A stretch of 64,000 nt of DNA from Armatimonadota bacterium (GTDB lineage: Bacteria; Armatimonadota; HRBIN16). Each line of letters starts with the position of its first letter. The first letter of the stretch is position 1. This document shows, piece by piece, positions 19,572 through 28,607 of this stretch. The notes under the pieces are model-generated. The model did no database searches and had not been told where the DNA came from. It was given only the letters and a program-made list of their open reading frames with translations. Position numbers and translations under genes: made by a program. The DNA lies in NCBI GenBank assembly GCA_963677485.1, contig OY781964.1, forward strand, positions 3,328,001 through 3,392,000, in the 5' to 3' direction.

Positions 19572-22124
19572 ATGCTCGCATTTACTACTAAGGCGAAGCT
19601 GACCACAATAATTGTGCTGTCGATGATGGCACCCATGACTTGGAGCCAGGATGCGTCTATGACACCGGAGCCTGCACAGCAGGTTACCGTGGTGGTGAGA
19701 CGTGGCGATACGTTATGGGGATATTCGCGCAAATATGGATGCTCTGTAGCGCAAATTAAAGCAGCGAACAATTTGAAGCGTGATTCTGTAGTGCTTGGTG
19801 AACAGATTAAAATACCGACCTCGACCCCATCGATGGCTCCAGAAGCCTCTGAAACCGTCGCTGGAGATGCCCCTGTTGATCTATTGAACGGCTCTGCAGG
19901 TTCTGCACCCACTCCTGTGATCACTGAGAATGCTCCGATAGTGATGCATACTGTGAAATCTGGAGAAACATTACGATCAATCTGTGAAGCCTACGGTGTC
20001 AGTGCGCCGGAGTTCATTAAGCTGAATAAGATCGGTCCGGGATACAGGCTTGCTGTAGGGGCGAAGCTCAAGATTCCAGGGCGTGCCACGCCTGCTGAAC
20101 CGACATCAGACAATACTAATGTAAGTAATGACGTGCCGACTGCTGTCACCCAAACCGCCGATATAAGTGCTGATGGCACGGACCTGCTGGGGGCAGGGCA
20201 TCAGTCTGTGGCCAAACCGTCCCCTGGATCCAAACCAGCTAAGGATACAAGCACAAGCACAAGCACGAACACGAGTTCGACATCAAACCAGGCCAAACCT
20301 CCGTCAGACCTGGACAGTTGGATCAACGCTGTGCCTGGCGACGAGCCGCCCCCTACACAGAACGCCTTACCGAAAGAAAACGGAACCGAACCTGATAACA
20401 CATCTGGCAATGTGTTAAAGCCTGATACCCAAAACACAAATACATCCGAGACAGGCTCTCATACAGGCAGTTCTCTGCCATCACTCGGCTCTGAGCAAAC
20501 GCCTCCGGAGCCGGTACCTGTACAGATGGCATCGCCTGACAGCCAAAATACGGGTACTGAGACGACTACTTCTACAAACACAGATAATACTAGCGGGCCA
20601 AATAAGGACCAGTCTGAACTATTGGTGCCTGACACATCGACGGCTGCATCTCCGCCCACTGAACTGCTGGTGCCGGATACCAGCACAGCAGCAAATACCA
20701 CGAGCACAAATAAGCCCTCTGTCACAACACCGGATGTCAGTAAACCCAATGTGTTAGTGCCAGATGACCAACAGGCGGGAACGACCAATGTCGTTCCTTC
20801 TGTGCCTGATGCCGGTGGGGCGACTGTGCTCGTTCCGGATGTTGAGGGGAGCGCTAGCGAAAACTCCACGGTAGTGACCCCAGATGATGGAAGCAGCACA
20901 AACAACTATTCATCCAATATAGGTGGTGTAACCAACCTGTTGGATAGTACGCCAGTGGTGACCGATGTTGAGATACCGACGGTCAAGAAGAATCAGCCTC
21001 TGGTGACCAATGTATTTGTGGATTCCGACATTAAGCAGGTTCTGTCAGATATCGCGAGTGTGGCGCATGTCGTGATTATCTCGGACGACAGTGTGAAGCC
21101 GCAGAATATCTCGATCGAATTTAACAAGGAGCCTCTCGACACGGCTCTCGAAAAGGTGGCTCTGTCTGGCGGATTAGTTTGGAAAGAGCGATCAGATGGT
21201 GTTTATCTGGTCAGCTCAGGCACACCCGATTCGCCTCTGTTTCGCGAATTCGCCATGACTAAGCGGTATATGCCATCTAATATGAGCGCTGAAACGCTGG
21301 GGGATCTGCTTTCCAGTAGTTGGAAGAACTACTACAAGGTAGACAAAGTTGGGAACATGATCACCATCACAGCACCCCCTCAAGTGTCTGAAAAGATCGA
21401 ACGCGACCTCAAGATGATCGATTCACCCCTGCGTCAGATCGTGGTGGATGCAGTCATTATCGAGATGACAGCCGATACCGGTATGGACACCGGCTTTAGC
21501 TGGAACTTCGGCAAAGGCGGGGTTGATGCGGACCAGAACATAGTGTATGCCAAAGCGACTGAGCTTGACTTTGTGAAGCTCAAGGCTTTGTTGGCAAATG
21601 GCAACGCGAAGATGAAGGCAAATCCAAGGGTTTCATGTTTTGAGGGTAGAGAGACCACGCTGACCGTCGGAAAAGAGACTTTCTACTCCATCATCACAGG
21701 GAATGCGATATACGGCTCATCACAGATCCAAAAGATAGCCACCGGTATTACCTTGAAGGTGACCGTGTATATCGGGGCTGATGGCTATGTCACGATGAAG
21801 CTGGACCCCGAAGTGGGGGACTTTACCACTCCGGTCGGTGGCAATCCTACTGTGACCATACGGCGAGCCAATACCACTATGCGGGTCAAGAGCGGCGAGA
21901 CTTTGGTCATCGGTGGATTGGTGCAAGAGCTAGAATCGAAGAGTGCGACCAAGGTACCTGTACTGGGCGACCTTCCGTTTATCGGTGAGTTGTTCAAGTC
22001 AAATAAGACCAGTAAATCACGAACAGATGTCGTGATGTTGATCACCCCGCACCTTTCTGAAAAGGGAGCGGGCGACGTAACCGAGACGTTGCGTAAGCTA
22101 GATGCGTCAGCTTTGAAGCAATAG
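19572..22124 (+). CDS. LysM-containing secretin (GspD/PilQ family)
   Basis: Two LysM (VVRRGDTLWGYSRKYG; TVKSGETLRSICEAYG), S/T/P-rich linker, N-domains, secretin core QIVVDAVIIE, ANPRV, GITLKVT, GETLVIGGL, KVPVLGDLPFIGELFK, MLITPH. Confidence 0.92.
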   Translation: MLAFTTKAKLTTIIVLSMMAPMTWSQDASMTPEPAQQVTVVVRRGDTLWGYSRKYGCSVAQIKAANNLKRDSVVLGEQIKIPTSTPSMAPEASETVAGDAPVDLLNGSAGSAPTPVITENAPIVMHTVKSGETLRSICEAYGVSAPEFIKLNKIGPGYRLAVGAKLKIPGRATPAEPTSDNTNVSNDVPTAVTQTADISADGTDLLGAGHQSVAKPSPGSKPAKDTSTSTSTNTSSTSNQAKPPSDLDSWINAVPGDEPPPTQNALPKENGTEPDNTSGNVLKPDTQNTNTSETGSHTGSSLPSLGSEQTPPEPVPVQMASPDSQNTGTETTTSTNTDNTSGPNKDQSELLVPDTSTAASPPTELLVPDTSTAANTTSTNKPSVTTPDVSKPNVLVPDDQQAGTTNVVPSVPDAGGATVLVPDVEGSASENSTVVTPDDGSSTNNYSSNIGGVTNLLDSTPVVTDVEIPTVKKNQPLVTNVFVDSDIKQVLSDIASVAHVVIISDDSVKPQNISIEFNKEPLDTALEKVALSGGLVWKERSDGVYLVSSGTPDSPLFREFAMTKRYMPSNMSAETLGDLLSSSWKNYYKVDKVGNMITITAPPQVSEKIERDLKMIDSPLRQIVVDAVIIEMTADTGMDTGFSWNFGKGGVDADQNIVYAKATELDFVKLKALLANGNAKMKANPRVSCFEGRETTLTVGKETFYSIITGNAIYGSSQIQKIATGITLKVTVYIGADGYVTMKLDPEVGDFTTPVGGNPTVTIRRANTTMRVKSGETLVIGGLVQELESKSATKVPVLGDLPFIGELFKSNKTSKSRTDVVMLITPHLSEKGAGDVTETLRKLDASALKQ

Positions 22125-22145
22125 GCTTGAGATGACACGAGGAGA

Positions 22146-25100
22146 ATGACCATGAAAAAGATCACCAACCAGCCAGGGAGTTCCAGTATTAAGGTAGTGC
22201 TCGCAGCAGCATTGCTGGCTTTGGCCGTATTTACGCCATTGGCGGCACAGTCGCCAGACCTTACGGCTACAACGTCAATACCGGATTCTGTGCTTGACCA
22301 GGTGGCTGAGCCCAGTCAGAATACGGCGCAACCGGCAGCTAGACGATACACCGTAAAGCATCGAAGAGTCGCGCCTCGCCATACATATACTCAGGTACGC
22401 AGACCTGCGCTTGTAGCGGCGGTGCCTGCTGGTCGTACTACGGTGAAAGCGGTGGCGCAGGGATCTGGTGTCAAACTCACCATAAAAAGCCCTAGCTCGC
22501 TTGCTGTCAAGGCTAACAACGGCTCAACCATGGTATTGATGGATGTTCATGGTGGACGGGCGGTGGTTCCCGGCAGCTCCAAGGTGAATGGGGTGGCTCT
22601 TCGATGGTACATGGCCGCGCGAGATGATGGGCAAAACCCAGCCATTGAGGCATTCTGCGCCAGTGCGATGAAGATGGAGATGTCGCAACCCAGTCCGAAT
22701 ACCGTGGTTGTTTGGCTTTGGCCTGCTGCAGGAAGCTCTGCGAGTGCAGCCCCTGCACAGAACGTGACGAAAAGCAAACCAGCAGTCAGCAACACTTCGT
22801 CAACGATGATGGGCGGGGCTACGGCTCCCGTCGCCCAATCGGCACAAGCGAATATGATGCGCTCCGCTGCTCTTGATGCGGTTCGTCGGGCGGGAGCACC
22901 GAACGTGATGGTGACGACGGGTGGTCAGGCTGAGATGGGCTCCGGTTCGACCGGCAACGCTTCTTCCATGGCACCCTCCGGTCGATCATCGCTGCAATCC
23001 AATGACCCGGCACCTTCACCACAAAGCCCATGGCAGATGTTGCCAGCGGTTGTTTCAGGAAATGCTTCGGATGTGTCGAAGATGATCCCGTTCACCGCAC
23101 TGGGTGCTGAAGATCCGATGAAGTTTACGGGGATAGCAAGAATACGTCAGCTCACGGTGGGTGTGAGTTATCCAAAAAAACTGACCGGTGCCACACTAAA
23201 GTTCAAGATCAGTCATAGTCCGGCTTTGCTGGAAGAGATCTCCAGTATGAAGGTAGAGATTAACCACCGCACAGTGGCCGTTCTGCCTTTAATGCGCAAG
23301 GACTACATGGGCCGCGTGTATGAGATACCGATTGACCCTAAACTGTTGGGTAGTTTCAATACCATTACTTTCGGTTTGATAGGCAGCTATACTCTGTTCT
23401 GCGAAGATCCCAACAGCCCACTTATCTGGTCTGAGGTTCTGGATGGAAAACTGGTGCTCGATCGACAGGAAGTTCCGGGGTTATATGACCTGGCGGAACT
23501 GCCTGCGCCGTTCTTCAGCACCTCACAGAACACTTCTGTAAATCTGAATATGATGGTTGGCCGCCAAAAGGGAAGCGTCTGGGCTGGCTCAGTTGTCGCT
23601 GGCTGGTTTGGTGTTCAGTCCGACTATCGGCCATTGAACCTTAAGGTGACAGATTCTCTTTCTGCAGGCAATGTGATCGCGGTCATGCTGGAATCTGAGC
23701 TGCCTCAGGTATTATCGCAATATGCAGTTGGCAACCCCAGCATCCAATTGATACCCAATCCTATGGGCGGCGGTGCCGTGTTACTGGTAACCGGCAGCAG
23801 CGAAGAGCAGTTGCGGGTAGCCGCAGGTGCCTTAGCATTCTCGTCATTACCTATGAGCGGTTCCCGTGTGGCGGTGCAGGAGTTTACCCCTCCCAGCAAG
23901 CGGAACCCATACGATGCGCCGCGCTGGATACCATCTGACCGACCGGTTCGGTTCGGAGATTTGATAGCTCGTGATGCGATGGAATCTGTCGGCTTGACAG
24001 CCGATCCTATACGTCTGCCTTTCCGCCTGCCGCCGGATCTTTTCCTGCAGCAGACCAAGGGTTTGCCGATCAACCTGAGTTACCGCTACACACCTGGTCG
24101 CAACCAGACCAACAACCGTCTTGACGTGTTTGTCGACAACCAGTTACTGCAGAGCTATCCGTTGCTGTCGCAATGGAACGACCCTGAGGGTGCCGCGCAA
24201 ACTATTAAACCTGGTTACAAAGAGTATGAAAAACAACGCACATTCTACATCACAGATGCTTACAATAAGCCGACAGCGGGTGAGCTGCAATTCCGGTTTG
24301 CGTTTGACTATACGCGTGAAAATCCGTGTAACGACTTCCCGTTCTTCGCGTTCCGGGGAAGGATTGACCCAGACAGCACGATTGATCTGACGAACATTCC
24401 GCATTATGTTCGTATGCCGGACTTGTCGCTGTTCGTAAACAACGGATATCCGTATACCAAGCTGGCTGATCTATCGGAAACTGTGTTCTCGCTGCCGGAT
24501 AACCCCAGCACAGCGGAGCGGACTGCGCTCATGGCAGTGTGCGCCAGATTTGGTGCTATCACAGGCATGGCTCCTTACCGGCATGTATTGATCAACGGCG
24601 CTCAGACGGCTCCGCTTGGTAAAGACATCATCGCCATCCGTGACGATAATGGTGCCGCCTTACCAGATGCATGGCGCGATGCGCTGCAACTACGCGCTCA
24701 GGGTGGTGGATTCCGTATACGAGACAACGACCTGAATGACCTGTTCAACGACACAGATGGGCAGCTAAACAGGCAAGAACTGGGCGATCTGCTGGCCAGT
24801 CAAGATGGACAGCTCTCAGTAATGGTCTCTTGCGAGCGGCCTGACGACAAAAGCCGATGCCTGGTGGCCATGCTGGCTACTGGCCCCGATATGCTTGACC
24901 ATATGGTGGCGGCATATTTGGATCCGAACCTGCGAAGCGGCATCAAACGTGATACCGCCGTATTCGGTCCTGAGGCGGTGAAAACCGCACGACTGGCCAA
25001 AGCGTTCTATGTTGGTAATCTACCTATGGCAGACGCCGTGCATCTGTGGCTGCGCAACTATCCGCTTGTGTGGATCAGCCTGACTCTGCTGTTGATCCTC

Positions 25101-25193
25101 ATCGGTGTGATGTCCTTCCGAAGGTATCGTCATCTGCGACAGATCGTGGCGCAGGGCGGACAGCAGCCTACTCCTGGCAGCTCCACACCATAG
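22146..25193 (+). CDS. bcsB: BcsB-family periplasmic co-polymerase subunit with ~300 aa N-terminal extension
   Basis: SHSPALL, CEDPNSPLIW, LPAPFF, PYDAPRWIPSDRPVRFGDL, FRLPPDLF, IDPDSTIDL, MPDLSLFVNNGYPYTKLADLSET, FYVGNLP and a C-terminal TM anchor. Confidence 0.88.
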   Translation: MTMKKITNQPGSSSIKVVLAAALLALAVFTPLAAQSPDLTATTSIPDSVLDQVAEPSQNTAQPAARRYTVKHRRVAPRHTYTQVRRPALVAAVPAGRTTVKAVAQGSGVKLTIKSPSSLAVKANNGSTMVLMDVHGGRAVVPGSSKVNGVALRWYMAARDDGQNPAIEAFCASAMKMEMSQPSPNTVVVWLWPAAGSSASAAPAQNVTKSKPAVSNTSSTMMGGATAPVAQSAQANMMRSAALDAVRRAGAPNVMVTTGGQAEMGSGSTGNASSMAPSGRSSLQSNDPAPSPQSPWQMLPAVVSGNASDVSKMIPFTALGAEDPMKFTGIARIRQLTVGVSYPKKLTGATLKFKISHSPALLEEISSMKVEINHRTVAVLPLMRKDYMGRVYEIPIDPKLLGSFNTITFGLIGSYTLFCEDPNSPLIWSEVLDGKLVLDRQEVPGLYDLAELPAPFFSTSQNTSVNLNMMVGRQKGSVWAGSVVAGWFGVQSDYRPLNLKVTDSLSAGNVIAVMLESELPQVLSQYAVGNPSIQLIPNPMGGGAVLLVTGSSEEQLRVAAGALAFSSLPMSGSRVAVQEFTPPSKRNPYDAPRWIPSDRPVRFGDLIARDAMESVGLTADPIRLPFRLPPDLFLQQTKGLPINLSYRYTPGRNQTNNRLDVFVDNQLLQSYPLLSQWNDPEGAAQTIKPGYKEYEKQRTFYITDAYNKPTAGELQFRFAFDYTRENPCNDFPFFAFRGRIDPDSTIDLTNIPHYVRMPDLSLFVNNGYPYTKLADLSETVFSLPDNPSTAERTALMAVCARFGAITGMAPYRHVLINGAQTAPLGKDIIAIRDDNGAALPDAWRDALQLRAQGGGFRIRDNDLNDLFNDTDGQLNRQELGDLLASQDGQLSVMVSCERPDDKSRCLVAMLATGPDMLDHMVAAYLDPNLRSGIKRDTAVFGPEAVKTARLAKAFYVGNLPMADAVHLWLRNYPLVWISLTLLLILIGVMSFRRYRHLRQIVAQGGQQPTPGSSTP

Positions 25194-25202
25194 CGAAAGG
25201 AA

Positions 25203-26402
25203 GTGGATGCGATGCATTTGGTAAATAAGCTCCTTGGTCTATCGGTTTCGTTAGTCTGTATAGCCGCCAGTCTCACCTGCCTGGCGGCAGATAAAGTATA
25301 CGAAGCGGATATGAACAAGTTCTATGATCTTCAAAAGACAGATCAAGCTGCAGCGATGGATCTCATGCTGCAGCTTGCCCGAAAATATCCGCAGAATAGA
25401 ACCGTGCAGTTGAGTGCAGGCTATCAGTTGCTTGCAAAGAAAGAGCCTGCTCTGGCACTGCCGTATTTTGAGACGAGCTATAAGCTGGATCCCGGCGATA
25501 TACAGACCGTGATGCAGATAGGGTTCTTGCTTGATGGGTTGGGTCGGCAAAAAGAGGCGATGCGTTATTTCCGCATTGCCATGAACAGCAAGGCTGATAA
25601 CAAAACACGAGACCAGGCTTCTACAGCGGTCCAAAACCTGGCAGGTCAGCAGACACGGCAGTTGAAAGATCCGCAGTTTGTCGAGTTCACCTTTTCCCCG
25701 CTGTACATGAGCCGGTTCGACAACACGATATTTCCAATGAACTTGAAGCTGGGCACCAAGCTTGCCGGTATGAAGAACACTGATGTCTATGTGAGCTTGA
25801 AGAGCAGCAAAGATAGCCGAAGCGGTATAGGGGCCATACCAAAGATATTTAATGATAATGCGCTGGTCATGGCTCTTGGCATCAGGACGCAGCCATTTGA
25901 TGGTATTCCTATTACGCTGTATGCCGAAGCTGGCACGGCCTACAAATACCTGAAAGACCCTTACGAAAAGCAGTGGCAGGAAGACTACCGCGTGGGCGCC
26001 TACTATTTCAAGGGGTTTGAGCCAGGCTTCAAAATCACACAGCTCAAGGCTTTCCAACCCATGGGTGACATCAACATGGATGTTTCCTATTATTCCAGAT
26101 ATGACAATAACATCATAGGGTTTGGGCGAGGCCGTCTAGGGTTGCGGGTGATCAATACGGCATCCAGCTATGCAGACTTGTATGCACTGGGTTCCATCTC
26201 ATTTGACACCAAGGGCGAGTACTACAACAATAACCTGGCTGGTGGCATAGGCATTGCCTGGAGACCGGATCGTTTCACACCTCTGACCCTCCATGCAGAA
26301 TACATCTGGGGTAGTTATATTGGTGGCGGAGTAAGGCCATCCGATGTCATGCCATCCTACGAAGACCTGCAAATAGGCATGGATTGGTACGTGAGGTTAT
26401 AG
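25203..26402 (+). CDS. TPR plus outer-membrane beta-barrel protein (NfrA/YaiO-like export porin candidate)
   Basis: Signal peptide, 2-3 TPR-like helical repeats (AGYQLL..ALPYFE..YKLDP; IGFLLDGLGRQKEAMRYFR), followed by aromatic alternating beta strands to the C-terminus. Confidence 0.6.
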   Translation: MDAMHLVNKLLGLSVSLVCIAASLTCLAADKVYEADMNKFYDLQKTDQAAAMDLMLQLARKYPQNRTVQLSAGYQLLAKKEPALALPYFETSYKLDPGDIQTVMQIGFLLDGLGRQKEAMRYFRIAMNSKADNKTRDQASTAVQNLAGQQTRQLKDPQFVEFTFSPLYMSRFDNTIFPMNLKLGTKLAGMKNTDVYVSLKSSKDSRSGIGAIPKIFNDNALVMALGIRTQPFDGIPITLYAEAGTAYKYLKDPYEKQWQEDYRVGAYYFKGFEPGFKITQLKAFQPMGDINMDVSYYSRYDNNIIGFGRGRLGLRVINTASSYADLYALGSISFDTKGEYYNNNLAGGIGIAWRPDRFTPLTLHAEYIWGSYIGGGVRPSDVMPSYEDLQIGMDWYVRL

Positions 26403-26403
26403 T

Positions 26404-28488
26404 ATGTCGACTATAGCAGCGCGAAAACAGCGCTTTGAGATACCCATAGGGCCTCTTGAAGCGATCACACTAGTCACTGCTATCACCTTCATGATTGCTG
26501 GCTTTACACTGGCACTATGGGCCATCAGCGACTTGATGGGCTATTTCCGCGTGACGGGTTGGATGATCCTGGGGCAGGTGTTTGGATGGCTGCTGGCGTT
26601 TGTGGCCACCATATTCCTGCTGTCGGGACTAGACGACCTGTTCTTGGACCTAATCTACTACACACGCAAAATCGTCTCTCACAAGCGGATGACCAAGGCT
26701 CCGTATGCCGCCATTTCGCTAGAGCAGTTGAACACCAGGGAGCGTAAGCGCATTGCGCTGATGGTGCCGTGCTGGCGTGAGGCGGAAGTAATCGGAGCGG
26801 CCATTGCACATAACCTGGAAATTATCGACTACGATAACTACGAGGTTTTTGTCGGAACATATCCTAACGACCAGCTGACCATCGATGCTGTGGCTGAGGC
26901 GGCTTCCCGATTTCCTAGGGTTCACTGCGTGGTGGGTGCCAACCCCGGCCCAACTAACAAAGCGGACAACCTCAACCAGGTATACATGGCGATTCTACAG
27001 TATCAAGAATCCTCAGGTAACCTATTTGATGTGATTGTCATGCATGACGCGGAGGATGTTATTCATCCCATGGCGTTCAAGCTTTACAACTATCTGATGC
27101 CTGAGGCGGGGATGGTGCAGATACCCATCTTCCCTCTTGAGGTGCCGTTGTTTAACTTCACCCACTGGGTATACAACGATGAATTTGCCGAATACCACGT
27201 AAAAGACGTTGTGAGCCGCGGTTTGATAAGCGGTATCGTGCCTTCGGCTGGTGTGGGCACGGCATTCAGCCGAGATGCACTGCAGAAGCTGAACGACATT
27301 TACGCAGGTGAAGTGTTCAGCACCAATAGTCTGACGGAAGACTATGCGATCTCGGTAAAGATCAGGAAGCATAACCTGCGGCCGGTCTTCGTTCAGCAGT
27401 TCGTGCCGCGTATCGTGGACCGTAGAAAGTATTTCGGTTTGTTTGGACCCTGGGTGGAAGCGACTGTGCCTGAGTGGATCGCCACGCGGTCATTCTTCCC
27501 GACAGTCTATCGCAACGCGGTGCGCCAGCGCAGCCGTTGGATACTCGGCATCGTGTTCCAGGAGTGGACCAACACAGGATGGCCGGGTACCCTGGCGATG
27601 AAATACTGCCTGTATCGGGACCGCAAAGCCCTTTTCGCCAACTTTGTGACTATGTTGGGATATATGGTGTTTATCTACACCATTATCTTTGCTGTCTGGA
27701 CACAATATTGGCCAGATTCGCTGCAGATGATGTCATTAATGGAATACCGAACCTGGCTGAGTTTCGTTCTAGTGGCAGACCTGTTCCTGATGCTATTTAG
27801 GATGAGCCAGAAGGTGACTACGAATTACAGGCTTTACGGGTTCTTGCCAGCCATGCTTAGCGTCACACGCACGCCCTACGCGAACATCATCAGCTCTCAT
27901 GCAATGTTCATTGCCATGCAGCAGTTTTTCAAGGGACGCAAGACTGGTATCCAGTTGTCATGGGAAAAGACGACTAACCGGTTCCCGACAATGGTTACGC
28001 CTGAGCGAGTTGTCTTGACTTTACGTGAGATTATGAAATTGCGAGGCTACGTGACAGACGAGCAGTTGCTAGAGGCTTCTATTAATACGAACGATACTGA
28101 TGAAGCAGTGGTACAGTATCTGCTTACGCATAACATCATCACGTCGCAGGAACATCTGCAGTCAATTTCCGAGCTGTATCAAGTACCATTCATCGACATC
28201 GAAAGTGCCTCGTCGACGTCTGGGCAGCTCACGAACCTGCCAAAGAGCGTGATGGATACCTTGTTGCGGCATGGTATCATCCCCATCCGCTTGATTGGCG
28301 ACCACTTGCTGTTGGTGTTAGCGCATCCTGACCTGGCATTTGGTGATGAAGAGATACTAGAGGTTCTGTCTGACTACACCATTGAACTTGGTCTGTCACT
28401 GCCAGAAGATATCGAGCGGTATTACATAGAACACGGCATTGCCATGCAGCCGCACACTCATGAAGAGGGCGAGAACCAGGAACCGTAG
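26404..28488 (+). CDS. nfrB: NfrB-like processive GT2 glycosyltransferase with C-terminal MshEN/T2SSE_N-like domain
   Basis: LSGLDDLFLD, IALMVPCWREAEVI, VGTYPND, PGPTNKADNLN, HDAEDVIHP, PSAGVGTAFSR, SLTEDY, RQRSRW (QxxRW), RDRK, WEKT: hallmark NfrB motifs. Confidence 0.85.
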   Translation: MSTIAARKQRFEIPIGPLEAITLVTAITFMIAGFTLALWAISDLMGYFRVTGWMILGQVFGWLLAFVATIFLLSGLDDLFLDLIYYTRKIVSHKRMTKAPYAAISLEQLNTRERKRIALMVPCWREAEVIGAAIAHNLEIIDYDNYEVFVGTYPNDQLTIDAVAEAASRFPRVHCVVGANPGPTNKADNLNQVYMAILQYQESSGNLFDVIVMHDAEDVIHPMAFKLYNYLMPEAGMVQIPIFPLEVPLFNFTHWVYNDEFAEYHVKDVVSRGLISGIVPSAGVGTAFSRDALQKLNDIYAGEVFSTNSLTEDYAISVKIRKHNLRPVFVQQFVPRIVDRRKYFGLFGPWVEATVPEWIATRSFFPTVYRNAVRQRSRWILGIVFQEWTNTGWPGTLAMKYCLYRDRKALFANFVTMLGYMVFIYTIIFAVWTQYWPDSLQMMSLMEYRTWLSFVLVADLFLMLFRMSQKVTTNYRLYGFLPAMLSVTRTPYANIISSHAMFIAMQQFFKGRKTGIQLSWEKTTNRFPTMVTPERVVLTLREIMKLRGYVTDEQLLEASINTNDTDEAVVQYLLTHNIITSQEHLQSISELYQVPFIDIESASSTSGQLTNLPKSVMDTLLRHGIIPIRLIGDHLLLVLAHPDLAFGDEEILEVLSDYTIELGLSLPEDIERYYIEHGIAMQPHTHEEGENQEP

Positions 28489-28527
28489 TTATATCGCCTC
28501 TAGCAATTGGGCAAGTAATAAATGCCT

Positions 28528-28604
28528 TCGGACGGATCAGGTTCACAGTTGCTAACTGTCAATTACCAATTGACAATTGTGTGAACCTGATCCGTCCGAT
28601 TTTT
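28528..28604. terminator. Perfect 20-bp inverted repeat between convergent genes, with T-tract
   Basis: tcggacggatcaggttcaca (28528-28547) / tgtgaacctgatccgtccga (28580-28599), ttttt; loop contains caatt-type 7-mer repeats. Confidence 0.8.
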
Positions 28605-28607
28605 GGC

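Noticed and set aside
19572-22124. Complete type II secretion or type IV pilus locus
   Set aside because: No ATPase, platform protein, pseudopilins or prepilin peptidase nearby
22146-28488. Classical cellulose (bcs) operon
   Set aside because: The GT2 has NfrB motifs and no PilZ or BcsA signatures; bcsZ and bcsC are absent
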